Below, piece after piece: positions 1 through 10,931 of a DNA stretch of 64,000 nucleotides (position 1 is its first letter; every line of letters begins with the position of its first letter). Source of the DNA: Candidatus Poribacteria bacterium (lineage in GTDB: Bacteria; Poribacteria; WGA-4E; PCPOR2b); assembly GCA_965218095.1 (NCBI GenBank), contig OZ244587.1:1888001-1952000 (forward strand). Direction: 5' to 3'. The notes below the pieces were generated by a model that was given only the letters and a program-made list of their open reading frames with translations, searched no databases and was not told where the DNA came from. Both the position numbers and the translations under genes were made by a program.

Positions 1-141
1 GCGGTTTTGGTGCGCAATCAGAGCGACTTCGTTGTTGATATCCCTCCGGTCTTCCGGTTGGCTGTGTGTGTAGTAGACGCGACACAGTTCATCAACGAAT
101 TGTGCAATCTGGGCGTGATATTTTCCGATATCCCTTGCCAC
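1..141 (-). CDS. Hypothetical protein, N-terminal part (runs off the window edge)
   Basis: GTG at 141 preceded by GGGGAG; open frame MARDIGKYHAQIAQFVDELCRVYYTHSQ... continues to position 1. Confidence 0.5.
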   Translation of the reverse strand, partial: MARDIGKYHAQIAQFVDELCRVYYTHSQPEDRRDINNEVALIAHQNR

Positions 142-330
142 AATCTCCCCCTATCCCTTTAAGTGTCGCAGGGGATGAAAAGGTTTACTAGATTTTTCAA
201 CAATGCTATCGTTTGAGAGTGTAGGAGTTAACGGTCCGCGCAACTCATTATTCCGCAAGACATCTGTCTTCTCGTCCCCATTGAGAGCGTTAAGATTTAC
301 CAGCCCAACCTAGACTGACACAAGTCCCTA

Positions 331-432
331 GGTTCTGTTGACATTTCATTGGGTAAGGTTATTGGCATCATTCTTCTATTATGCCACAACCTTATATATG
401 CCACAACCTTATACTCAAATGTCAACAGAACC
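331..432. mobile_element. 102-bp MITE, internal-deletion derivative of the IS5-family element at 25235-26045
   Basis: TIRs GGTTCTGTTGACATTT / AAATGTCAACAGAACC with TA on both sides; interior nearly identical to 25984-26045, plus a short tandem duplication (ATGCCACAACCTTATA x2). Confidence 0.9.
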
Positions 433-1012
433 TAGATAATCAGGGGCATGTGAGCGTGTATTCTAGAAGACAAGGAAGTGTTCGTTGGGGTGCACAAATC
501 GGCGAACCCTCCGTAAGTGTGCTGACGCTGTAGAACTATACGACATCGAAAATCGAGAATAAACGTGAGTTGCCTGGAGAAGTTTACAAGCTACTCCCCT
601 CTGCTGACTTGAAAGTGTTTGAACTCCTATTTCTCGATGGACGTCGGATGCTCTTCGAGGTCGTTCCTTAGACATTAACTAGATTGTTCTTTACTGTTTC
701 ATCAGCTTTCATTTCAAGCATCGTGTCGAATCGCAATAGGTTCAATGACCGGCAAAATTCGTTCGTAATGACAGTAAGTCCTGTGACATTGAAATCAGAA
801 TCGGATAAACCTTTTAATTCGCCGATGGAAAACGCTAACTACGCGGTTATCATCGATGAAGCAAGCGATTGAGGAAGAACTTATCCTTGATGTCCTGCAA
901 AATTGCACCACGTACAGGTCGTACTACAAGCTCGCCAAAACTGTTGAGGGCAACCCTGATATAATATCAAGTGGCTGTATTGGAGCAGACACCATCTTCT
1001 AGGCGGATCGAC

Positions 1013-1325
1013 ATGAACAAAACGTGCATTGTCCGATGGACTGATGAGGAACATCAACAATTGAAATAATTCCTCTCCACAGGGCAGGGCTGCTGCCTAT
1101 AAGATTAAACATGCAAACATGTAAAAATCGATGCCAGTGCGACTGGAGCAATCAACAGATACGCAAGCCTTCTCAGACCAACCCAACACTGTAGCGGGCG
1201 TGCGACAGTGATTCGTGCTCGAAGGTCTACAGGATGCTATTAACCGCAAGAAGTGCCAAACACCACACTATCCCCCCAGGCACGGGAGTTGTTTGAACAT
1301 CATGGAAATCGGACTCAGTGTGTTT
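1013..1325 (+). pseudogene. Degraded IS630-family transposase remnant with an internal deletion
   Basis: Fragments MNKTCIVRWTDEEHQQL*, AAYKIKHAN, EGLQDAINRKK and HYPPRHGSCLNIMEIGLSV resemble the IS630 HTH and 'TPKHGSWLN.AE' motifs; stops and frameshifts present. Confidence 0.7.
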
Positions 1326-1404
1326 AACGCAACAAAGCCTTTCTTAACTGAACACCGTATATTTAGTTACAAAAAATTTGCTGCATCTCAGGAGAAACTG
1401 GAAC

Positions 1405-2327
1405 ATGAACCTGCAAGAGCGAATGGAATTGGCTGGGCAGTGCCTTCTTGCCTGGCTCGATCCAGAAAAGGAATTCTTACCCGTCGGCGGCTACGAAGTC
1501 GCCCATAACGTGGGACGCTGGTGGGACGCAGTCCTGCGGCTCGAAGATTTTATTGGGTTTGTGATTCCCGCCGAACTAGAGGGGGCGATGCTCAGGAATC
1601 TTCAGCGGCTGACCGACAATCCAGATGGATTGCTCATGAACCGAACCAACACCCCTAGGATTACAGACAAGGCAAAGATTAATTCGCATAACTTCCGGGA
1701 AGCATTTATGGCCTTCAATGTCCTCGTCCGTTACCGCCAGAGTGCGTGGGCTAGGCGCGGGGGCCATCACCTCCTCGAAACTATGACCGGTGTTTGTGTG
1801 ACAACGGTCATTTTGACTTTGCAAAATTGCGTTGTTGGGGCCGAGTCCCCTTCACCGATGACCCATCGCATACGGAAACGGAACGCAATGGCTAGTTCGA
1901 CGGCACAGCCACTACTGGTCGCAGCTTGGAGGCGCCTGTTTGGTTTTTCGAGACCACGGGCGATGCCCTGGCTCTTGATGTGGCCCAGCGCATCGTACGG
2001 CATCACCTGATTCATTTGACAAATACGGACGGCTCCATGCGACAAGAGATCATCCATCCCGAAAATATTGGGCACAGCCATTCTTTTCAAGGAACGCTCC
2101 GCGGACTCTTGCTGTTTGGCCTGCTAAGCGGACAGAGGAAATACGTGCAGGAAGAGATGCCCTTCTCGGGCCAGCAGTACAGCTTCAAATGGCGTGGCGA
2201 CGAGATTGTGGAAGTATATTCCCACGAAGGACCGCTGCCATTTTATCCAGCGCTGTCAGATATCCTGACCAATGCGAACAAAACGCTCCAGCGGACGAAA
2301 CCCCTCCTTCGCGCAAAGCGTCGGTGA
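1405..2327 (+). pseudogene. Frameshifted hypothetical protein
   Basis: ATG after GGAGA; coding-like sequence shifts frame near 1787 and continues as the 1926-2327 ORF. Confidence 0.55.
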
Positions 2328-2363
2328 GGCAGGGAAGGCCACGACGCTGAGCTTTGTCGTTAC

Positions 2364-2597
2364 GTATCACCATTTTCCGCCGTTTTCCCCGTGGAGACTC
2401 CTCACTGCCTAATCAAGCTCTTCTCTTTCTACGATGAAACCGCCTTCGACCCCTTTGGTGGTATAGGTACGGCAGCAATCGCCGCGATAGAATTGGGACG
2501 GCGGAGAATTTGCTTTGAGCAGAATCCCGACTCCGTGACAATCATTCAGGACGGCTACGCTGTACCTCGTAACTACCAATGTGGACTAGCACACTGA
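2364..2597 (+). pseudogene. C-terminal fragment of an N6/N4 DNA methyltransferase
   Basis: LIKLFSFYDETAFDPFGGIGTAAIAAIELGRRRICFEQNP matches the SAM-binding DPFxGxGT motif; no N-terminus. Confidence 0.7.
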
Positions 2598-2783
2598 GCA
2601 CGAATTGCTAACTTTCCACTGGCTGCGGATTTCTCAACCTTCTGCAAGATATTGGCTTTGTACTTGATTGAATGTTAGGAATGTAACTGTGACGGAGAAA
2701 ACCTCCAGTGTTCGAGGTGAGTGCATTGTAGACAAACTCAAAATCCGTCTAAAGTATCGTTGGGGCGGTATAGGGAAGCCAAC

Positions 2784-4880
2784 TCAATTTGTCATCGCTC
2801 GTGTTGCATTCATGACCGCAATCAGCGCCACGCCCATATCCGCAAACACAGCTCCCCACATCGTTGCAATCCCCACAAGACCCAGTATGATGAACACGGC
2901 TTTGATCGCAAAAGCTAGACCGATATTCTCCCAGACAATTCTGCGAGTTTTCCTGCCGACTTCTATCGCTTCGGCGACTTTTGAAGGCGCATCAGTCATG
3001 ATGACGACATCGGCAGTGTCTATTGCTGCATCGGAACCAACACCACCCATTGCGATGCCGACATCGGCTCTGGAAATGACAGGGGCATCGTTAATCCCAT
3101 CGCCGACGAAGGCAATCTTATCGCCCTTTTGTGCGTTGCCAATCAGTTCCTCGATAGCACTCACCTTATCTTCGGGGAGTAACTCGGCAAGGGTATCGTC
3201 CAAACCCAGTTTTTGGGCGATACGCTCGGCGGCGGGTTGGTTATCTCCAGTCAACATAATGGTATGTTCAACGCCAAGCCGCTTCAGGGCTTCAATCGCC
3301 TCTACCGTATCTTCCTTGATTTCGTCTGCGATGACAATATACCCCGCGTAGCGGTTATCGACAGCGAAATGAACGACGGTCCCATTGACCTTGCAAATGT
3401 CGTGGTCAATGGCGTTTTCATGCAGCAGGGCGTCATTTCCTGCTAGAATCACTCGATTTTCTACTGTTGCACAGATTCCACGTCCTGAGATTTCTTTGTA
3501 GTCTTCAACGGCAGCAGCGTTTACGTCATCATCGTATGCTTCCTGAATGGATTGGGCAATAGGGTGATTAGAATGCGATTCGACAGTTGCCGCAAGACGA
3601 AGGAGTTCTTCTTCGGTGAAACTGTTCTTCGGAACGATTTCCGTCACCCGAAACACGCCTTTTGTCAGTGTGCCGGTCTTGTCGAAAACGACAGTCTTGA
3701 CTTTGGTGAGAACGTCCAAAAAGTTGGAACCTTTGATCAAAATCCCCCGCCGGGACGCCCCACCGATGCCGCCGAAGTAACCGAGCGGAATGCTCACGAC
3801 CAGGGCACAGGGGCAGGAGATGACCAGAAGTACAAGCGCGCGATAAATCCACGTGGAGAAACTCACGCCTGCAATCAGCGGCGGAAGCAGCGCGACAGCG
3901 AGTGCGCTGAAAACGACAACGGGTGTGTAGTATCGCGCAAACGTCGTAATAAATTTCTCTGTCTCCGCCTTTTTGCTAACCGCATTGTCCACAAGATCCA
4001 AAATCTTGGCAATCGAAGATTCCGCAAACGCCTTAGTGACTTTGACCGTGAGCGTTCCCGTTTTGTTAATCGTGGCAGCTAAAACGGGTTCGCCCGCTTC
4101 TACAGTTCGCGGCACTGGTTCTCCGGTCAGTGCAGAAGTATCCACCTGCGAACTTCCTGCGATAATTTCACCGTCTAGCGGAATTCTTTCACCCGCCTTG
4201 ACCAGAATCGTATCTCCAATCCCTACTTCTTGCGGGGAGACGTTTCGCAGTTCTCCGTCAACCATTAAGTTAGCAGAGTCGGGGCGGATTTCCATTAGAG
4301 ACTTAATAGCTCTTCGTGAGCGGCTAACGGAAAGGTCTTGGAAGAACTCACCAACCTGATAAAACAGCATTACCGTGACAGCTTCAGGGAGTTCATGGAT
4401 CGCAATTGCACCGAGGGTTGCAACGGTCATCAGGAAGTTTTCATCGAACACCTTCCCACGAAAGACATTCCGTCTTGCGCTCGACAGTACGGTCCACCCG
4501 CTTAGCAGATAGGCAGGGATAAAGACGAAGTATTCGCCGAGACCGTGGAGAGTTGTGTGAAGCCTGCTGTTAAAAATCAAACCCAATAACAACAGCGTAG
4601 CAGTAACCCCAATCGGCGCGAGTTTGCGCTTTATGCTGAATGCTTTGCTTTCGTGTGTGTGGTGATGGTCGTCGCCACCTACCTGAACTATTTCAACATT
4701 AGGTTCCACCTGTTTAATGACACGACGGGCGGCTTCAATTTCATCGGTGTCAAGATATAATGTGGAGACAGCAAAGTTCAGCGAAACGTATCGGGTGCCT
4801 TCTAGTCCTTTGAGGTTTTCCTCAATCTCCGCCGCGCAGTTCGGACAGTCCAATCCTTTTAATTGGTATTTCAACATCAC
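2784..4880 (-). CDS. cadA: Heavy-metal (Zn/Cd) translocating P1B-type ATPase
   Basis: N-terminal CPNC HMA domain; TGE, CPC, DKTGTLT, HP and GDGINDAP motifs. Confidence 0.95.
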   Translation of the reverse strand: MMLKYQLKGLDCPNCAAEIEENLKGLEGTRYVSLNFAVSTLYLDTDEIEAARRVIKQVEPNVEIVQVGGDDHHHTHESKAFSIKRKLAPIGVTATLLLLGLIFNSRLHTTLHGLGEYFVFIPAYLLSGWTVLSSARRNVFRGKVFDENFLMTVATLGAIAIHELPEAVTVMLFYQVGEFFQDLSVSRSRRAIKSLMEIRPDSANLMVDGELRNVSPQEVGIGDTILVKAGERIPLDGEIIAGSSQVDTSALTGEPVPRTVEAGEPVLAATINKTGTLTVKVTKAFAESSIAKILDLVDNAVSKKAETEKFITTFARYYTPVVVFSALAVALLPPLIAGVSFSTWIYRALVLLVISCPCALVVSIPLGYFGGIGGASRRGILIKGSNFLDVLTKVKTVVFDKTGTLTKGVFRVTEIVPKNSFTEEELLRLAATVESHSNHPIAQSIQEAYDDDVNAAAVEDYKEISGRGICATVENRVILAGNDALLHENAIDHDICKVNGTVVHFAVDNRYAGYIVIADEIKEDTVEAIEALKRLGVEHTIMLTGDNQPAAERIAQKLGLDDTLAELLPEDKVSAIEELIGNAQKGDKIAFVGDGINDAPVISRADVGIAMGGVGSDAAIDTADVVIMTDAPSKVAEAIEVGRKTRRIVWENIGLAFAIKAVFIILGLVGIATMWGAVFADMGVALIAVMNATRAMTN

Positions 4881-4907
4881 GTTTCCTCTCTGTCCAGTGA
4901 AGAAGGG

Positions 4908-5549
4908 TCAACAGATGAAATAAGCGAATATACCCAAAACAACCAGCACAGCACCGGTGATTCCCCGCTCATGGTGTTCCAGAAAATGGGAGCGGATCTT
5001 CTCGATTCCCCTTCGTCCCAAATCAACCAGCAGCAGCATGCCGAGCACTGTCACGACGAGGTAAATAATCGAAACAGCGCCGATGCCGAACCATCCCAAA
5101 GCGCTTGCCGAAAAATAGTAGGCCTCAATCTCAAGGCACGGCGAAAAGAACATCGCGGCGGTCAACGAGGTAATGATAGCGACCTTCGATTTCCGCGAGA
5201 TTTTGCCGCTGTCCACATGATGGTGATGATAATGGTGTCCGTGGTTATCTTTGAAATCTAGGCTGAGATAAATCACACCCAAACCCAATAAAATTGAAGA
5301 CGCCACGATGTGCGTAAAAACCTCGTAAGATTCAGAAAGTTTGTGGCCGATGAACCCGACAACAATCCCAATGAGAATTGTGCTCAGCGAATGAGCAATC
5401 CCGGTGATGGCTGTCACACCCAGTGTTTCTCGACGTGACCACTGTTCTGTCTTGCTGGTAGCAACCAACGGAATCCAATGGTTGGGTATCGCAGCGTGAA
5501 TAACGCTTAACAAAAAGCTGCTCGTGAGAACCTGTATAATGCCTCCCAT
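4908..5549 (-). CDS. Ni/Co transporter-like membrane protein (RcnA/NicO-like)
   Basis: HAAIPNHW motif, His-rich loop, about 6 TM helices; directly upstream of cadA. Confidence 0.7.
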   Translation of the reverse strand: MGGIIQVLTSSFLLSVIHAAIPNHWIPLVATSKTEQWSRRETLGVTAITGIAHSLSTILIGIVVGFIGHKLSESYEVFTHIVASSILLGLGVIYLSLDFKDNHGHHYHHHHVDSGKISRKSKVAIITSLTAAMFFSPCLEIEAYYFSASALGWFGIGAVSIIYLVVTVLGMLLLVDLGRRGIEKIRSHFLEHHERGITGAVLVVLGIFAYFIC

Positions 5550-6084
5550 CTCTGTTCTCCGTATTCATCCATAGTTGTTAAGGAAACGAAGGGTCCTACG
5601 ACCTCCCTGAACCCTTGGGAATGGCAACCACTGACCCGCATATCGTTCGCGGTGCTTTTACCGATGAACTATCTGAGAAATGCGGAATCTTCAACACCGC
5701 GATCATGTTTATATGTGCCACCCATCGATTTCCTATTTTTGCAAACACTGATTGGAGGGTTGACCTAACCCCACTTGTAGGAATAGTATATACAATCTAA
5801 AGAAATCCGGCAACCCTTTTTGTGACGAACGAGAAATCCCTCGCAGACTCACATACTCCCCATCTTCCTGCTCAATCCGATCATCATCGGTGCGGAAGAA
5901 ATAATCTCTTGACAAGATTTCTTGTTTTTGCTACAGTAGAAATATATATGCAATGTGCCATAACATCGCCATAATAGACACTTGGGGGTGCTATTGCTGC
6001 GCTCCAGTGGATTGCTTCAAATGGCACACATTTTGCCCATGCAACCGGTGATGGATTCATATCACATTCGAGGAGGAAAATCAG

Positions 6085-6951
6085 ATGCGAGAAAGAGATT
6101 ATTATGAAGTGCTTGGTGTGAGCCGAAACGCATCTCCGGAGGAAATTAAACGCGCGTACCGCAAGATTGCAATGAAGTATCATCCTGACAAAAATCCGGA
6201 GGATAAGGCGGCGGAGGAAAAATTTAAGGAAGCCTCTAATGCATATCAGGTGTTGTCGGACCCGGAGAAGCGGAAAATTTATGACCTGCGGGGACATGCG
6301 GGAGTCCACGATGCTGGATTTCAAGGGTTCACAAATTTTGAGGATATTTTTGCCAATTTCGGAGATGTTTTCGGTCGAGAAATTTTTGGAGATTTTGGCG
6401 ATGTATTTGGAGATGTATTCACCCGGCAGGGCCCCGGCGGTTTCGGGACACAGCGTGGAGGTGATCTGCAAACAAAACTGACCATTCCTTTCGAGGAATC
6501 TGTATTCGGCGCTGAAAAACGTATCCAGGTAAACAATAGAGCCCTCACCATTAAAATTCCACCGGGTATTAAAGATGGACAAACGCTGCGCCTTAGCGGT
6601 CAAGGTGAGCCCACCGTGGGTGGAAGGCGTGGATCATTGCTTGTGACAATCTCCGTTCAGCCGCACCCAAATTTTCAGCGGGAAGGTTTGGATCTCGTGA
6701 CCCAGGCGTCGGTTCCTTTCACGCTTACCGCTTTGGGTGGAAAAATCCGTGTCTCAACGCTGAAGGGACATGTGCAGCTAAACATCCCAGCAGGAACGCA
6801 GCCGGGGCAGCAATTAAGATTGCGTGGACAAGGCATGACCGATGCGTCCAGGCGCAGAGGCGATCTTCGTGTACAGATTAAGGTCGAAATCCCACATTCC
6901 TTGACAAGAAAACAGAAGGAATTGTTGGAAGAATTTGAAAAGACCTTGTAA
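6085..6951 (+). CDS. DnaJ-class chaperone lacking the zinc finger (CbpA-like)
   Basis: J domain with HPD, G/F-rich region and DnaJ C domain; RBS GAGGAGG. Confidence 0.92.
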   Translation: MRERDYYEVLGVSRNASPEEIKRAYRKIAMKYHPDKNPEDKAAEEKFKEASNAYQVLSDPEKRKIYDLRGHAGVHDAGFQGFTNFEDIFANFGDVFGREIFGDFGDVFGDVFTRQGPGGFGTQRGGDLQTKLTIPFEESVFGAEKRIQVNNRALTIKIPPGIKDGQTLRLSGQGEPTVGGRRGSLLVTISVQPHPNFQREGLDLVTQASVPFTLTALGGKIRVSTLKGHVQLNIPAGTQPGQQLRLRGQGMTDASRRRGDLRVQIKVEIPHSLTRKQKELLEEFEKTL

Positions 6952-7022
6952 GTGGGAAGAATGAGTTAAGGGCTAGAATTACCAAACGCATTGCGCACTA
7001 TTTTCGTTAAGTAGGAGGCCAA

Positions 7023-7487
7023 ATGGAACAAGAAAGAACGTTAGTTCTGATTAAACCGGATGGTGTTCAGCGTAGGTTAATCGGCGAAATCATCGCCCGT
7101 TTTGAACGCAAAGGACTTAAACTGATTGGGCTAAAATTACTCAAACTTCCCCGTGAGCGAGCGGAGGCACTCTATGCACCACATCACGGGAAGTTTTTTT
7201 ATGACTACCTGATTCAATTCATGACATCGACGCCGATTGTGGCAATTGCCCTTCACGGGAGGAATGCGATTTCGCTCGTCCGGATGTTAATCGGTGCGAC
7301 GAAACCGACTGAGTCTGAACCCGGCAGCATTCGGGGCGATTTCTCGATTGACATCACCCATAACGTCGTCCATGCATCTGATTCCCCTGAGAACGCCCAA
7401 CGGGAGCTAGACATTTTGTTCAATCCGAGTGAGCTCTTTGAATATCAGCGGATCGATGAAGCGATTCTGTATAGTCCGGAGATGTAA
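7023..7487 (+). CDS. ndk: Nucleoside diphosphate kinase
   Basis: ERTLVLIKPDGVQR; NVVHASDS with the catalytic His. Confidence 0.97.
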   Translation: MEQERTLVLIKPDGVQRRLIGEIIARFERKGLKLIGLKLLKLPRERAEALYAPHHGKFFYDYLIQFMTSTPIVAIALHGRNAISLVRMLIGATKPTESEPGSIRGDFSIDITHNVVHASDSPENAQRELDILFNPSELFEYQRIDEAILYSPEM

Positions 7488-7751
7488 CAGCATCTCGCGG
7501 ACATAACGATTGAGGATTCTTGCGGTGGTTTCATTGAAACCACCTTCTCGTCTATGCGTTTTTTCTAAAGAACTCATGGCGGGTAGTTTCTTGGAAGTCT
7601 AATAGAGCGCAGCGAGGAATCCCCCCGTTAAGGTGCAAGAGATGCTTCCCTTCGTTGAGGCTGACGGGAAAAGCGCGCGTTTTACTCGCTATAAGTTCAA
7701 ATACATCTTCGGCTCAATGTATCCGAAATTCTACACAAAAGGGCAAAAACA

Positions 7752-8240
7752 ATGATCAAATTTGCACGCATGATAGTCATTTCCTCATACATGATTTTAC
7801 TGAGTTTTCTTATCTGGTTGCTCAGTTGTGGTGGTAGCAGCATTGAAAATCCGGTCCGCGGATCCGAGGAAATCGACGAAACGCTATCACAGGTGGATCA
7901 GCAGATACAATCCCTCAATGTCAATGTTGAGGTGAGCAAAACTACCGTCCAAGCGAGTGAAACAGTGGAAATGATGGCAACAGTTGACGAAATTCGAGGG
8001 ACAAACATCATCTTTAATTGGGTCAACACAACAGGTTATGGTATACTGAACCCCACAAACCAAAACACGGCGACCTGGACCGCCCCGAAAACGTTAGACA
8101 CGGTTGAAGTCAGAGTTGAAATTCTCCAGCTCATTGTCACAGCAATTAGCCAGGTAGTTTCAGTCAAAGAATCGGGGGTGGATACAGATACGGAAGTTCT
8201 GACAGCAACCAAAACCATACTACTCACAGTCACAAATTGA
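7752..8240 (+). CDS. Hypothetical lipoprotein
   Basis: Hydrophobic N-terminus with an LLSC lipobox; beta-rich body. Confidence 0.7.
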   Translation: MIKFARMIVISSYMILLSFLIWLLSCGGSSIENPVRGSEEIDETLSQVDQQIQSLNVNVEVSKTTVQASETVEMMATVDEIRGTNIIFNWVNTTGYGILNPTNQNTATWTAPKTLDTVEVRVEILQLIVTAISQVVSVKESGVDTDTEVLTATKTILLTVTN

Positions 8241-8256
8241 TTCGGGAGAGTGATAG

Positions 8257-9111
8257 ATGACCGCATGTCCACCGGATGGTAGTCTCTACCCACGATGGCG
8301 TTTTTTTATCGCAAAAGCACAATATGTCGTAACCCTGCTCATCTTTATCTGCCTTTTGACGACAGATGCAGCCGTTGCCTCAACGAAAGCGTGGGGCTTA
8401 TGGCATCGTGTCCGTAAAGGGGATACTGTGTGGGAAATTGCGAATAAGTATCAGGTTTCCATTCGGTCAATCCTTCGGGCGAACCAGATTGCGTCTGCAC
8501 GCCGCCTTTCCATTGGGAAAAAGTTATTCATTCCTGGTGTTGTTTCCTCGCAACAGATCGATGGGACCTGGCATAGAATCAAAAGTGGGGATACTCTGTG
8601 GGCGTTTGCCCGAAAACACCACGTCTCAGTGAAAAGTCTGATGCATGTCAATAACTTGAAGTCTTCCACCACGCTTCAAGTGAACAAGACAATCTTCATT
8701 CCCAATCCCGGTGCAACAGGTTTCACTGCGCCATTGCGTGTTCCATTGATAGTGACCTCCGATTACGGCTATCGTTGGCACCCAATCAGCGGAAAGCGGC
8801 GGTTTCATCACGGCGTCGATTTCCGAGTAAAACGGCGATACCGTGTCTATGCATCAAAAGTGGGAACAGTTGTTCGTGCAGGGTGGTATGGTGGATACGG
8901 AAACGTCGTTGTTATTAAGCATACTGGTGGGTACACAACATGGTATGGACACCTGTCTACCATTCGGATCAAAGTTGGTCAAAAAGTAAGGCGCGGACAA
9001 GTTGTCGGTTTATCTGGGAGGAGTGGCCATGCAACAGGACCCCATCTGCACTTTGAAATTCGATGGAAAGGTAAAAGCGTCCATCCCGCTAACTACCTCC
9101 GGATGCCGTAG
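8257..9111 (+). CDS. LysM x2 + M23 peptidase
   Basis: Two LysM repeats (HRVRKGDTVWEIA, HRIKSGDTLWAFA); HHGVD and HLHFE M23 motifs. Confidence 0.93.
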   Translation: MTACPPDGSLYPRWRFFIAKAQYVVTLLIFICLLTTDAAVASTKAWGLWHRVRKGDTVWEIANKYQVSIRSILRANQIASARRLSIGKKLFIPGVVSSQQIDGTWHRIKSGDTLWAFARKHHVSVKSLMHVNNLKSSTTLQVNKTIFIPNPGATGFTAPLRVPLIVTSDYGYRWHPISGKRRFHHGVDFRVKRRYRVYASKVGTVVRAGWYGGYGNVVVIKHTGGYTTWYGHLSTIRIKVGQKVRRGQVVGLSGRSGHATGPHLHFEIRWKGKSVHPANYLRMP

Positions 9112-10546
9112 CCGTTGGCATCAGATCTGGGTTGGGAGCGTGGTACTCTGGCTGATGTGCGTTTTCATTGCTTCGGCTTCCTTTCGCCCTGAGATTGGTA
9201 CCAGAGCACTCGGTATGAGCGGGGCGTTTATCGGCAATGCGGATGATCCGACGGGGACGCTCTGGAATCCGGCGGGACTTGCAAGCCTTCAAACGGGTAG
9301 TTTGGTTTATGACCTTTCTCAAGGCGCATTTTCGTTCGGGTATCCCATCCACCGCGTCGGAACACTCGGCTTTAGCGCCTTAGATCTGAATGGTGAAGAT
9401 CGGTTTTTCTACGACCATCCGAACAATCCGGTCGGAACATTCGAGCGAGGATCTAATCAAGTCATCCTGTCTTATGCGCGGCCGATTGGCAGGGGGTTAC
9501 AGGTTGGCGGGAATCTTGGATATAGTCGCGCCCCGAACACCGGCAGCCGATGGAAACCAAGTTACGATCTGGGCGTCATTGTGAAGATGCCCCCGCGCTT
9601 AACCCTGGGGGCAAGGCTGAGAGACATTTCCGGGGTTGCCATCCCAGATGGAAACGGCAAAATTCTGAGGCAGTTCGATCAACAATTCGCCCTGGGAGCA
9701 ACGTGGAAGCCGGTTCGACCCCTTCAGTTGAGCGGCACATTGGACACAGCGTTGTGGCAATTCAAGGCAGGCGTGGAAGTTGGAGCCTACGGGCTTTCGC
9801 TTCGGTCGGGTGCGGCAATCGACCTCAGAGCGCCTGATCAAGCACCAAATTGGAGTTTGGGATTTTCGGTCAATTTACGCGGCAAACACCTCCACTACGC
9901 CTATTTGAACAACCCTGATTTGGAATATAGACATTTCCTTGCTCTCGGTTTTACATTTGGCTCACTCACACCCTCTCTAACTCCTCCTTCTGAAGTCGGA
10001 GAACCACTCCGCAACCTGCAATTGGAACAATCGCCAACCGATGATGGGAAGGACGCTGCTTCCCCAACCGAGCAGATTGCCAATCGGTATAGCCTTGAGG
10101 TTGAATTGATCCTCGCCATGATCAAAACGGAATCAAGTTTCAATCCCAAGGCGATCTCGAGCAGCGGCGCGGTTGGGCTGACGCAACTGATGCCACCAAC
10201 CGCACAAGACCTTGGGCTAAAGGTTCCAACCTATCGAAACATACGCAAGCCACAGCCAAATTCAGCGGTAGATGAACGCTTCGATCCCCGCAAAAACCTG
10301 GAAGCGGGGGTCAGGTATCTGAGTCTCATGTTGAAAAAGTACGATGGAAATTATGTTCTGGCGCTCGCAGCTTATAATGCCGGTCCGGCAAATGTGCGAA
10401 AAAATGTCCCGTTAATCCGCGAAACCGAACGACACGTTGGCAAAGTCCTCAACTACTATTACCAGTACAAAGCAGGTCTACAACTGAAAGATGCCGCCCT
10501 CCAGAAACTGGATGCGGTTCTCGCAGGGGCCCACCCCGATTTTTGA
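9002..10546 (+). CDS. PorV/UPF0164-like beta-barrel fused to a C-terminal lytic transglycosylase (SLT); true start probably ~9140-9155
   Basis: RALGMSGAFIGNADDPTGTLWNPAGLA plus amphipathic strands; C-terminal TESSFNPKA, GLTQLMP and LAAYNAG. Confidence 0.8.
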   Translation: MSVYLGGVAMQQDPICTLKFDGKVKASIPLTTSGCRSRWHQIWVGSVVLWLMCVFIASASFRPEIGTRALGMSGAFIGNADDPTGTLWNPAGLASLQTGSLVYDLSQGAFSFGYPIHRVGTLGFSALDLNGEDRFFYDHPNNPVGTFERGSNQVILSYARPIGRGLQVGGNLGYSRAPNTGSRWKPSYDLGVIVKMPPRLTLGARLRDISGVAIPDGNGKILRQFDQQFALGATWKPVRPLQLSGTLDTALWQFKAGVEVGAYGLSLRSGAAIDLRAPDQAPNWSLGFSVNLRGKHLHYAYLNNPDLEYRHFLALGFTFGSLTPSLTPPSEVGEPLRNLQLEQSPTDDGKDAASPTEQIANRYSLEVELILAMIKTESSFNPKAISSSGAVGLTQLMPPTAQDLGLKVPTYRNIRKPQPNSAVDERFDPRKNLEAGVRYLSLMLKKYDGNYVLALAAYNAGPANVRKNVPLIRETERHVGKVLNYYYQYKAGLQLKDAALQKLDAVLAGAHPDF

Positions 10547-10704
10547 TCGGTGTCCCTCCGGGTTCCGAATCCACGCTTTACGCTTTCCCTCCTCCCCAAT
10601 CTATCAATCCTGCCCAAAAAAGACCCAAATCTCAGTAGTAGCCTTACAAAAGTCCTCATCTTTGCTAAACTCGCAGCAGATAAGTACGTCTAATGAGCGT
10701 TCTA

Positions 10705-10863
10705 GGTTCTGTTGACATTTGACGGATTGAATCAATCTCCGTTCCGAGAGTCTTCGACCTGATGTACCTTGAGGCAATTTCGGACAACTGTTTTGGTTTT
10801 TGGCGGGTCGCACGATGATTACAGCGTTTGCCGAATTCGCGACAGCGAAATGTCAACAGAACC
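10705..10863. mobile_element. 159-bp MITE with IS5-family TIRs and an unrelated interior
   Basis: Same 16-bp TIRs as 331-432; TA flanks at 10703-4 and 10864-5. Confidence 0.85.
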
Positions 10864-10931
10864 TAATGAAAGCGCTTCATTGGTGAGGGCCCCAACGCCT
10901 ATCCGCCCGCATTAGAAAGGAGTGATTTCAG

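Noticed and set aside
463-990. Short ORFs near the window start
   Set aside because: No motifs; cannot be supported as genes.
2587-2612. CIRCE-like inverted repeat (CTAGCAC...TGCTAA)
   Set aside because: Spacing and arms deviate from TTAGCACTC-N9-GAGTGCTAA, and it is not upstream of a chaperone gene.
2668-4359. Long antisense ORFs over cadA (and similar ones over dnaJ, the ABC genes and phoR)
   Set aside because: Shadow ORFs of well-supported genes; no motifs or RBS.
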